IMG/VR virus record: IMGVR_UViG_3300030104_003662
Span: 62,001 to 96,799 of that record
DNA length: 34,799 bases
Reading direction: 5' to 3' (one strand)
Source: an uncultured virus (IMG/VR IMGVR_UViG_3300030104_003662)
Taxonomy: Duplodnaviria; Heunggongvirae; Uroviricota; Caudoviricetes
In this document: positions 10,046 to 18,132 of the stretch, piece by piece
How positions within the stretch are numbered: the stretch's first letter is position 1
How the letters are laid out: each line of letters opens with the position of its first letter
Made by a program: the position numbers and the translations under genes
The notes under the pieces: generated by a model
Seen by the model: the letters and a program-made list of their open reading frames with translations, nothing else
What the model was told of the DNA's origin: nothing
Database searches by the model: none

Positions 10046-11044
10046 TTATTTCTCCTCCTCATAATTTTCTAAGTATTCTTGTGGATTATCACTACCACCC
10101 CATTCGGGGCATATGCTCTTGAAACTACACCAAGCACATTTACCTACACTCGCCTTCGGTGGAAAGTTACTGGTTAGATACGCGGTTAACAGTGCATCCC
10201 TCATTCTAATTATCTTCTTCTTGTAGGTGTTGCCGTTTCTACCTAGGCAAGATTCGTATGTAATGTTGTCAATCGACCTTTGTTCATAACCATATTTGTC
10301 TAGTTTATCCAGCACCTTGGTAGAACCCGCTGGATACACCCAGCCCCAGTGCGTAACATCCTGTAAATTGTGGTTCGCTTTCTCAAGCAAATACTTGTAA
10401 AATGCCATCTCAGTTCTCATAGATTGTACCTTGTAGCGGTCGGTTTCCCACTTATCCTTCTTGAGTTTCTGTACAAACTTACCGGTCTTCAATTCCATAA
10501 TCGCAATTGTATCTTCATCTGTCCTAAAACCTCGGTCAATCGAACCAGCGTAATGGATTGGAATTGTAATTTCCTCACCATTGAACTCGATAGTCTCCTC
10601 TGCGTAGGCGTGTACTTCTAACTCATTGATAATAGGCAAGAAGTTCTTCACCCCATCTGATTGTAGACGAGCAAGGTCCCAGTCAAGTCTTTTCTGAATA
10701 ATAGGCTCTTCACCTAGTGTGTATGGCTCATCAGGTACCGGTAACGCCTCTTGTAAAATTGCCATCGCTTTTGCTGGTTTTTCAGGGAGGGCTGCTGCTG
10801 CTTTTTGTATAAGAGGTGCTAAGTTGATGTAATACTGTTCGATTGCATCGTGAACATTCGTACCTCTTGTCATGTCATCTGTGCTTGGCTCAGGTAATCT
10901 ATGAATACGCTTGTACTCATACGACTTAGGGCAGTAGTCAAAGTCACTGGTTAGGCTAGACTTTGTCATACGCAGGTGTAACTTATGTCCCGGCTCCCAC
11001 TGATATGTGGACTTGGCGTATGCGCTCCAATCTCTATCACTCAT
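10046..11044 (-). CDS. Cas4/AddB-like PD-(D/E)XK exonuclease with Fe-S cluster
   Basis: YCP, GTNVHDAIE, GSIDR, ELKTG, MAFY, and C-terminal CAWCSFKSICP. Confidence 0.88.
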   Translation of the reverse strand: MSDRDWSAYAKSTYQWEPGHKLHLRMTKSSLTSDFDYCPKSYEYKRIHRLPEPSTDDMTRGTNVHDAIEQYYINLAPLIQKAAAALPEKPAKAMAILQEALPVPDEPYTLGEEPIIQKRLDWDLARLQSDGVKNFLPIINELEVHAYAEETIEFNGEEITIPIHYAGSIDRGFRTDEDTIAIMELKTGKFVQKLKKDKWETDRYKVQSMRTEMAFYKYLLEKANHNLQDVTHWGWVYPAGSTKVLDKLDKYGYEQRSIDNITYESCLGRNGNTYKKKIIRMRDALLTAYLTSNFPPKASVGKCAWCSFKSICPEWGGSDNPQEYLENYEEEK

Positions 11045-11178
11045 TCGCTTTCCTCCTTTAATTTTACAGGCTTGGGTATATTCTTTGCAAATCGCTCATT
11101 ACAACAAGCGCAGGTGATTGATGGATGGTATCTAAGGCTCGCCCAATCAAGAGGAGTCCAATGAGAACGGTCACTCAT
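11041..11178 (-). CDS. 45-aa microprotein (not in ORF track)
   Basis: MSDRSHWTPLDWASLRYHPSITCACCNERFAKNIPKPVKLKEESE*; strong SD; ATGA overlaps at both ends. Confidence 0.6.
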   Translation of the reverse strand: MSDRSHWTPLDWASLRYHPSITCACCNERFAKNIPKPVKLKEESE

Positions 11179-11378
11179 TCGCTCTCCTCCTTCGATATGT
11201 TTTTTCTATACCATTCCTCTATGCCTATATTACGCATTTCAGTTTTACAATCATAACAAAGGTCCCAATTCCATTGCCCGTAAATAGTAAACAATGGTCG
11301 GTGTAATCCACACCCAAAGCAACACTTGGGATAATCCATATCTGCTTGAATAAACGGCTTTTGACCAAACAAACTCAT
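11175..11378 (-). CDS. Small Zn-finger protein (67 aa)
   Basis: CFGC...CYDC; ATGA-coupled on both sides. Confidence 0.6.
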   Translation of the reverse strand: MSLFGQKPFIQADMDYPKCCFGCGLHRPLFTIYGQWNWDLCYDCKTEMRNIGIEEWYRKNISKEESE

Positions 11379-11527
11379 CTCTTATCCCTCCATTCATCAA
11401 AAGCATGAGATGTCCCACAGGTGCTGCAAAAGCCCCACGCTTGGCGACCACTTGCCATCCTGTACCAATTATCAGCCTTGACTATGCGCCCGCAAGTACA
11501 TTCTCTTTCAGATGTCGGTTTATTCAT
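11375..11527 (-). CDS. 50-aa Zn-ribbon microprotein (not in ORF track)
   Basis: MNKPTSERECTCGRIVKADNWYRMASGRQAWGFCSTCGTSHAFDEWRDKR*; ATGA overlaps at both ends. Confidence 0.6.
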   Translation of the reverse strand: MNKPTSERECTCGRIVKADNWYRMASGRQAWGFCSTCGTSHAFDEWRDKR

Positions 11528-11706
11528 TCTACCATCCCCAATAACTTCTCAACATACACTGCTGCATCCATCAACTCTTCTTGTAGGTGTACAAGCCACT
11601 CGCGTATAGATAGAACCTCTTGTTCCATAGTCACGCCATACTTCTCTTTGCCTACTTCTGAGCGGGCCTTAATCTTCTTACAAACATCATCTTCTATTCT
11701 ACTCAT
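11524..11706 (-). CDS. MazG/dUTPase-like all-alpha NTP pyrophosphatase-fold protein (60 aa)
   Basis: GKEKYG...WLVHLQEELMDAAVY (EExxD motif). Likely start is ATG 11706, just after the PolB-C stop. Confidence 0.6.
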   Translation of the reverse strand: MSRIEDDVCKKIKARSEVGKEKYGVTMEQEVLSIREWLVHLQEELMDAAVYVEKLLGMVE

Positions 11707-11710
11707 ATTA

Positions 11711-12754
11711 TCACCAATACCTCTTAGGTCTCGCAGCGCCTGATGCGAACTCAAGGTTCCAATTCATCGCTTTGAATATATTTTTCATTTTAGATTTAAC
11801 CAATTTGTCGACCATCTTTTCATAATCTAATTCAAACCCTTCTAAATCAGTCTCGTTTCTATAGGCAACTATGTCAGCGGGCGGTAAGCCTTGGGGCACA
11901 CTAGTGACATATACCCAGTTTACACTATCTCCCTCTCCGAAGTAATCAGTCCTACTCTTAGCAATATGTGCGTTGTAATACCTTGCACCCTTTACTCCGG
12001 GCACACCTGCGTTTTTGGCATACGCATTGAGTGCTTTTTGAATACGAGTGGTGCCAGCGACTTCTTCTATTTCGACTGTACCCTTGTCTATTCTTTTGGC
12101 TAATGGTCTAACTATATCAGTCACAGTATCTTCGTCTGCACCTGTACAAATAGCCAACAGTACATCATTCTCTAAGTTTTTAGAAATGGGAGCCAGCGTG
12201 CTGATTTTACCCCATCGTGCGCTCTTGACTTTACCCTCGTCTTCGGGAGGCCATGAGCATATACCATAGTACAGGTTCTTACCGCCTACAATCCAGTAGG
12301 GCATGTATGCTTCAAACTCTACAGCCAAATGACTGGCGTTCAGAGTGCTTTGGGCTTTTTCAGTCAAGTGCTTGGCTAGTGCCGGTGCCTCATCAAATGG
12401 TACGCTTACGAATGCTGAATCAGTGTGACCGTACAAGGCTTCGTAACCCTGTGCTTGGGACTCCTCCATTAGAAACTTGATAGCCTCTCTGCCACAAGAA
12501 GTAATAGCGTTCGCTATGTCAAAGTCACACCATCCCCAATAAGGACTCGCAACGCAGCCATATAGACTCGCCATGACGCGCTTGGTAGCAAGTTGCATTG
12601 TATTCCAACCGGCCTTTTCTATAGGGTCTGTTGCTTCTTTCATCTTCTGCTTGTACTCATCACGAAGTTCAAACATTTCCTCTACAATCTGAGGCAAAAG
12701 TCCCTTCTTGGATTGGTCCCAGCGAGAGCCGTCAGGTAGTGTGTGTATAGTCAT
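11711..12754 (-). CDS. polB: Family B DNA polymerase, C-terminal subunit (fingers, motif C, thumb)
   Basis: GLLP...R...K; motif B variant QLATKRVMASLYG; ITSCGRE; motif C YGHTDS; EFE; KNLYYG. Confidence 0.92.
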   Translation of the reverse strand: MTIHTLPDGSRWDQSKKGLLPQIVEEMFELRDEYKQKMKEATDPIEKAGWNTMQLATKRVMASLYGCVASPYWGWCDFDIANAITSCGREAIKFLMEESQAQGYEALYGHTDSAFVSVPFDEAPALAKHLTEKAQSTLNASHLAVEFEAYMPYWIVGGKNLYYGICSWPPEDEGKVKSARWGKISTLAPISKNLENDVLLAICTGADEDTVTDIVRPLAKRIDKGTVEIEEVAGTTRIQKALNAYAKNAGVPGVKGARYYNAHIAKSRTDYFGEGDSVNWVYVTSVPQGLPPADIVAYRNETDLEGFELDYEKMVDKLVKSKMKNIFKAMNWNLEFASGAARPKRYW

Positions 12755-14070
12755 CGGACATCACCTTTTACTTGTGTAGTCCAGCAGAGGTTATGCGAGA
12801 GGATTAGCGAGGGGTACAGTCCCTTGTAATCTACACAGGCTACACTCTCGTATCGACCCGGTGAGGGCGGAGGTATGAATGCACCTTCGTACTCCCTTTT
12901 CTCCTGATTAGACTTAGTCGGGGCTTTCAAGTGAGTGCGTCTACTAAGTAGGCCACGAGCGAACCTCGTTACATTGTGACATGAAGAGAAGCGTACACCG
13001 CATAATCTTTGTAAGGATAAGAAGAAGTTTAGAACATGGTTGTCTTCATCTATTCGTTTGAGTAGAATAGTATCTTGCATACAGTAGTCGACATAGTCAT
13101 CAAACCGCTCGGCCCATCCAGTGAATACATCCATGTCGAACTTACCTCCCATGTTACAGGCTTTGGCTATGGTGTCTAGTTTTCTATTCTTCAACTGAGG
13201 CTGACCGCTATCTTTCCATACACGCTCAAACCCACTACCGCTTCTGATAGGAGCGGCTGTGTCAAAGCATAGCCTACCTATAATCGGCTGGGCCACATAG
13301 TCATAGCCCTTTGAGTCAGATTTGTTAGGTGGTCGCAGTACACGGTTTAGAGGACTTAGTTGCCTAAACTCAGGCAAACGCCTGATAAGATGCGGGAGGT
13401 CCGCCCACATTATTGCATGTGCCACGAATATGTCAGGATTACATTCATCCATATAGTTCATAAAAGCCTGATGCATTTCCCTCTCTGAGCCATATTCGTA
13501 CCGCTCATAAGTGAACTTAACAGGAACTTCGTTGACTTCATATTCAACCTCACGCTCTGTTGTCTCCCACTTATTCGCTAGTCCCTTTGGGTCATTATCT
13601 TGCCAGCAAAATGCTATGTTACGGTTGTTGTAATTGTCGATTACTGCCATAACTGTAGTCTCGTCAGTCTTGGGGTCCCATTCTAAATCGAAGTGCCATA
13701 CCCTTGGTTTCCATTGAGGCATCTCCTCTATCTCATCTATAAGGTACCTATCTGCTAGGCTAAAGTCGCCCTCCCAAGTCACTCTGAACTCATGGCACAT
13801 CTGCCTAATGTCGCTAGTTCTAAACGCATACACTTTGACTAACTTTTCATCAGTACGCAGTGCTACTGCTGTATCATTCCAGTCTATTTCTGAACCGGGG
13901 TAGCGACCTAGTATGCGATTAACAACACGAGGTGGAGTAGATTCTTTAATCCAAAAATAGGGCTTGAAGTCAGAGATGTGCTCTTCTATGAGAGCGCCCT
14001 CTGAGTCTCGCCATCTCTTGTAGATATGGTCAGGACCTTCGGGGTCAGGTCTGTATGTGTCGATTATCAC
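12751..14070 (-). CDS. polB: Family B DNA polymerase, N-terminal subunit (exonuclease + motif A)
   Basis: FKPYFW, FDLEW (ExoI), ADLP, KLDTIA, YCMQD (ExoIII), YEGA, DYKGLYPS (motif A). Confidence 0.92.
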   Translation of the reverse strand: MIIDTYRPDPEGPDHIYKRWRDSEGALIEEHISDFKPYFWIKESTPPRVVNRILGRYPGSEIDWNDTAVALRTDEKLVKVYAFRTSDIRQMCHEFRVTWEGDFSLADRYLIDEIEEMPQWKPRVWHFDLEWDPKTDETTVMAVIDNYNNRNIAFCWQDNDPKGLANKWETTEREVEYEVNEVPVKFTYERYEYGSEREMHQAFMNYMDECNPDIFVAHAIMWADLPHLIRRLPEFRQLSPLNRVLRPPNKSDSKGYDYVAQPIIGRLCFDTAAPIRSGSGFERVWKDSGQPQLKNRKLDTIAKACNMGGKFDMDVFTGWAERFDDYVDYCMQDTILLKRIDEDNHVLNFFLSLQRLCGVRFSSCHNVTRFARGLLSRRTHLKAPTKSNQEKREYEGAFIPPPSPGRYESVACVDYKGLYPSLILSHNLCWTTQVKGDVR

Positions 14071-14438
14071 TCTTTCATCTCCATGTACGCACCTTCGTGA
14101 GATATTAGACCGGTTAAGTTTGAGTTGATTGTGAGGACTTTGTCTGTATGAGTCGACATGTACATCCTAGTAATGTGGCTCACTATGAAGAGACAATCTC
14201 CATGTAATTTTTCTTCAAACTTAACAAAATTATCCCAATCTTCTTCACTGAGTCCAGTTCTTACTATGATTTTAGAGCCGGTGAGTTGAACTACTGGTAT
14301 TGAATGACCATCGTACTTAATGTGCTTAACGCTCGATTTTGCATTAGTCACTCTTGCTACTGATATTCCTTTTGGTATCGTTACATTCTCGCCGTGAGAA
14401 ACTAAGTTTATTTCATGAGGTGTTAAATTGATTATCAT
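14067..14438 (-). CDS. NLTPH-motif protein, candidate Crn4-like cyclic-oligonucleotide ring nuclease
   Basis: N-terminal INLTPHEI, IP....VARV, IPVV and FIVS motifs of a widespread viral family. The Crn4 link is from memory and unverified. Confidence 0.45.
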   Translation of the reverse strand: MIINLTPHEINLVSHGENVTIPKGISVARVTNAKSSVKHIKYDGHSIPVVQLTGSKIIVRTGLSEEDWDNFVKFEEKLHGDCLFIVSHITRMYMSTHTDKVLTINSNLTGLISHEGAYMEMKE

Positions 14439-14944
14439 TCCTCCTCACCGAGCCTTCTTTCCCTGAGCCATTTGCTCAAGTCCCTAGGGACCTTCTTTTT
14501 CATTTCTGCCATAATAGCCATTGTCATGTAAATAACTTCGTGCGTATCTGCGCTTTCAATCTGAAAATATGTTCTGCAATTACGCCTGTCTTTGGCACGA
14601 ACATTCCATAGGTTACAGATACGCTCATATCCCCTAAACCAAGGGTCAATGATTATCTCATTGCCTTTGGTATCAGTGTAAGTAAGCCATGCGTGAGCAT
14701 CTATACCTCCTAAGTTGTCCCAACCATCATTACCAGTACGCGATGGGTCACCATATTCCCAATGTATCAAACCGTCATCCGATTTGAACCCCATTGAGCC
14801 TACGCATATTTTCACATTCTCAGGGTCTTTATCCTTTACTTTATGCAAATGCTCTTCTAAAATTACCATTCGATTATACATAGCATTGACAATGCAGTTA
14901 CCCATTGAAACAACGCCTGTCCGTTTAGTACCTTGTCTTATCAT
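14435..14944 (-). CDS. Transglutaminase/papain-like Cys-His-Asp protein
   Basis: GNC...HAWL...IIDPW triad spacing. Confidence 0.6.
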   Translation of the reverse strand: MIRQGTKRTGVVSMGNCIVNAMYNRMVILEEHLHKVKDKDPENVKICVGSMGFKSDDGLIHWEYGDPSRTGNDGWDNLGGIDAHAWLTYTDTKGNEIIIDPWFRGYERICNLWNVRAKDRRNCRTYFQIESADTHEVIYMTMAIMAEMKKKVPRDLSKWLRERRLGEEE

Positions 14945-14946
14945 AT

Positions 14947-15708
14947 TCAGTCCTCCTCGTATTCTTGGTCGATAACCACCATTAGGAAATTAGTCTCAGG
15001 TTGCTCCAATACCAATACTGTTTCATCACCTGTGTATATGTATAAGTCGCCTCGTGGTAGGTTGTTTAGTAACTCAGGTAACCAAGAATCAAAAGCAGAC
15101 TTAGCAGATATTGAAGGAGAGGCGATGTCGAACAGAGGAGCCTTTACGAACATAGTACCCTTGCTCTTAGTACCGCCTCTAATCACCAATTCCTTACCTT
15201 GTGGGTCGAACTCAGTCTTGCACGCAAACTTACCCCCTAGTACCTTGCTAAAGTTAGTAGCAGGTTTGAGGGAATCGCTTGAGACCTTTGCATGGTAGTT
15301 TAGTTTCTGACTGTGCCATGTTTGCCACATGTTTTCCTGAGACTGCTTTATCAACTTCGATATTAAGCCGACCTTATCTTGCGACTGTATGTAAGAAGAG
15401 GTCGGGAGTTGTAAAGAAGTCCCATCTGTTCTAATGTGCAAAGTACCTGTGCGACTGTTCTGAGTCACTGACACTTCTACCTTTTTACATGTGTTCAGAA
15501 ATGACTTACACTTAGGTAGGTCGCTGATATTGATGCTGCCGGTTTTGGTAACACCGCAGTCCATACTCCGCTTTATGTAATGAGTGTCCTTGCCAACCTC
15601 CGCAGATATGCCATTGTCATTCACATTGATAACAACATCTGCCAAGTCTTTACCAAGGCTGTTTAGAAAGTTCTGTAAATTATCGGTTTTTATAGTAAAA
15701 TTAGTCAT
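14947..15708 (-). CDS. PCNA-like sliding clamp
   Basis: 253 aa with a two-domain alpha/beta pattern (N-terminal F.I....LQNFL, final LVL...FLMVV strand). Lies among PolB, RPA and RFC genes. ATG 15708 follows SD AGGAGA. Confidence 0.6.
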   Translation of the reverse strand: MTNFTIKTDNLQNFLNSLGKDLADVVINVNDNGISAEVGKDTHYIKRSMDCGVTKTGSINISDLPKCKSFLNTCKKVEVSVTQNSRTGTLHIRTDGTSLQLPTSSYIQSQDKVGLISKLIKQSQENMWQTWHSQKLNYHAKVSSDSLKPATNFSKVLGGKFACKTEFDPQGKELVIRGGTKSKGTMFVKAPLFDIASPSISAKSAFDSWLPELLNNLPRGDLYIYTGDETVLVLEQPETNFLMVVIDQEYEED

Positions 15709-15721
15709 AATATCATCTCCT

Positions 15722-15829
15722 ATACACAGGGCGGGGGAGGGGTGCAACTCAGGTGAGCATGGATAGAACCTGAGAGTTACCTAGGAGGGCTGCACTCCAA
15801 TTACCTTATCAAGAACCCCATATGTGTAT
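15722..15829 (-). ncRNA. Putative structured intergenic RNA / cis-regulatory leader of the clamp gene
   Basis: Nested complementarity: 15722-15728 with 15823-15829, 15739-15746 with 15791-15798, 15748-15754 with 15768-15774. Unusually long gap in a tightly packed operon. Confidence 0.45.
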
Positions 15830-15830
15830 C

Positions 15831-16841
15831 TCAAAGTACCCCATCACGCAGTTCAGATAGCCCGAACCATTCAGCATCCTCGCCCTTTTTCGTTACGAAG
15901 TAAGTGCGTTCTTGCCCTTTGAGATTAGAATTGGTCTTCTGTTTGAAGAAGTCAGCATAGTGCCGCACCTCTCCAGTTTCAGAGCCGTCATTGTTACGAA
16001 TTACCTTTGACTTGCACCAAATTATCTGAAACAAATCGTTGTTAGCACTCTTTTCCCATGCGAACTTCCAACCATCGAAGCCGACTTTGCCTTCTTTGTC
16101 TTCTTTGAGGTGGGTTTCCCAGTACACATCTACACCAAGTGCGTTTAGTTTCTGACAGATAGCAGTCAGTTGCTTGAATCTAGTAGAGCGTATGTTCCAG
16201 TTCCAACCGATTTCTGAGTTAAGTTTAGCAGCAGATGCCTCGATAGCATCCGTTGCATTCATCTCTAAGTCGTATATCTTCATGTTGTTGATACAGACAC
16301 TATCGAATTGGTCTACGCCAGTGACTAAGAATGACTTGAGTATAGGTTCATCGAAGCCTTCTTCTTGTTGTTTCTCAGCGTATTCTACAGCGTATTTGGC
16401 TAAGTCCATGACACGCTGATATGTAGCGAGGTAATTGTAAGCAGTGCGGTCTTCTACCTGCATGACCCAAGGTCTGAATATACGGATACGAGGGTCACCG
16501 TTGTAATGGGCCTGATGACAAGCCATCGCTCCGTTGTCGAAGTCGATAACATACATGAGTTCGCCATCGGTGTATCTATGCATGTGCCCATCCATCGCTA
16601 TACCTGTCTTACCGCCACCTTCGTGACCTACTATACCACACATTATGTTAGACGGTGGAAACTTAGGTGGATTTGCCAAACTAAGCATCTCTTCGTCTAT
16701 GCTAGGAAACTTGCTGACAAAGGCAGTTGAAGTGATTGGTGCCTTTGGTTCTTCTTTCACCTTCTCTTCTTTCACCTCTTTAACTACCGGAGCCTCCTCT
16801 TCAACAGGTGCTGCTGCTAATGCATCCCAGCCTCCCATCAC
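15831..16841 (-). CDS. RadA/RecA-like (Sak4-type AAA) recombination ATPase
   Basis: Walker A GHEGGGKT, VIDFDNG, WETH; acidic flexible N-terminus; adjacent to the SSB gene. Confidence 0.7.
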   Translation of the reverse strand: MMGGWDALAAAPVEEEAPVVKEVKEEKVKEEPKAPITSTAFVSKFPSIDEEMLSLANPPKFPPSNIMCGIVGHEGGGKTGIAMDGHMHRYTDGELMYVIDFDNGAMACHQAHYNGDPRIRIFRPWVMQVEDRTAYNYLATYQRVMDLAKYAVEYAEKQQEEGFDEPILKSFLVTGVDQFDSVCINNMKIYDLEMNATDAIEASAAKLNSEIGWNWNIRSTRFKQLTAICQKLNALGVDVYWETHLKEDKEGKVGFDGWKFAWEKSANNDLFQIIWCKSKVIRNNDGSETGEVRHYADFFKQKTNSNLKGQERTYFVTKKGEDAEWFGLSELRDGVL

Positions 16842-18130
16842 TCATCACCTCCGAATTGGTTGAGGTCTGTACTGCCGCTACCACCTGCTGGGCGAGCGGT
16901 GCGTGGCGGTACATAGATACCCAGTGCAGTGATACTTGGTAACATATCATCTTGGTATGGGCGCATCTTAAGTCGACCGAATACAATCACCGGTGTTTTC
17001 TCTGCATAAGCAGTCCAGTTATCCTTTATCCCATCTAGTTCGTATTCAAATGGGTGGTGTTCGTCATGTAGTCGACCCGGAATCCATACGGTCACTTCTG
17101 ATTGAGCGCTGTCTCTACCGTTACGAGATTGTAGAGATAGGCTGGTGATATTCATACGGTAAGAGCGACCTGTTGCATCATACTCGCTATCCATCGCTTG
17201 TTTATTCAAACGACTGACATTCCCTTTCACAATGATAGTAGGGTTTAGTGTAACCCCGCTAGGTAACTTAATCTTACGGTCAGCGTGTGCTTCTGCTAGT
17301 TCGCTCAAGTCAACCGATGCGTCGTGCATGTTCTCGTTGAGTAAGAATCTCTGTGCCTGTAATTCTTGACGAAGGTTGTCAGGTACGAATGAATCCGTGT
17401 ATTCAATGGTTGTATGGAAATCCCTGTTAGTGTACAGCGTGTCCCTAGTGATGTCTTTAGGTGGTATAACTTGTACCTTACATGGTTCGTGGTAATTGTA
17501 TTCAGCATCCATTGACTTACCATTGAGTGTAACTCTCCAAAGGCCAATCTTGTTGCTCTTTTCCTCGGAGCCTAGTAAGTACAAAGTGCGTGTGAAACTA
17601 GTAGGTGCCATAGGTTTACCTACACTTGCACTCGCAGCATTAGTGTTGAGTAGACATAAAATCGTATCCCCTTCTTCAAGAGCGAACCAAGGTAAGTTGC
17701 TACCATCGACTCGCTCTGTAGTTGCCTCTCCATTGATGTGCCATACACCTTCTTTGGCAGTGACTATACCGATTAATTTCTCACTAATCGCTCTGTCGCT
17801 ATTAGCACGGAACATATTAAGTGCATTTTCTCTAGCACTCTTTCTCATGTCACGAGAGGTGTCTTCTATACCTACAAGGTGACCCACATAAGTAGAAGTC
17901 GCTCGGCTACTGCCGCCGCTACCACCTAAGTTTCGTGTTTCAATTACGAACATTTCAGTCCATTCTACCAATAGGTATTCGTCTTCATCCAACGGATTGT
18001 CTACAGAAAACTCCGCCTTGAGCCACTTCTTGAACTCATTGACGGCCTCTCCTACCTTTACTCCTGTTCTATCTGCATATGCCTGTAAGCGCTCTATCGA
18101 AGCGTCAGGCCATTTGTTATCTTCTGTCAT
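16838..18130 (-). CDS. Putative RPA-like OB-fold ssDNA-binding protein
   Basis: Archaeal RPA-like N-terminal helical domain with a Gly/Ser linker; OB-like strands (IIVKGNVSRL, VTVW, VIVFGRL); flexible tail; lies between RFC and RadA. Confidence 0.55.
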   Translation of the reverse strand: MTEDNKWPDASIERLQAYADRTGVKVGEAVNEFKKWLKAEFSVDNPLDEDEYLLVEWTEMFVIETRNLGGSGGSSRATSTYVGHLVGIEDTSRDMRKSARENALNMFRANSDRAISEKLIGIVTAKEGVWHINGEATTERVDGSNLPWFALEEGDTILCLLNTNAASASVGKPMAPTSFTRTLYLLGSEEKSNKIGLWRVTLNGKSMDAEYNYHEPCKVQVIPPKDITRDTLYTNRDFHTTIEYTDSFVPDNLRQELQAQRFLLNENMHDASVDLSELAEAHADRKIKLPSGVTLNPTIIVKGNVSRLNKQAMDSEYDATGRSYRMNITSLSLQSRNGRDSAQSEVTVWIPGRLHDEHHPFEYELDGIKDNWTAYAEKTPVIVFGRLKMRPYQDDMLPSITALGIYVPPRTARPAGGSGSTDLNQFGGDE

Positions 18131-18132
18131 AT

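Noticed and set aside
10046..11044. Cas4 as evidence of a CRISPR-Cas locus
   Set aside because: No other cas genes or array are present. Solo Cas4-like nucleases are common in archaeal virus replication modules.
12740..12770. Intein, intron or programmed frameshift at the PolB split
   Set aside because: No intein terminal residues, intervening sequence or slippery heptamer. A dedicated SD and ATGA overlap explain the junction.
15709..15830. tRNA gene or intrinsic terminator
   Set aside because: No cloverleaf, T-loop GTTCRA or poly-U tail; kept only as an unclassified structured RNA candidate.
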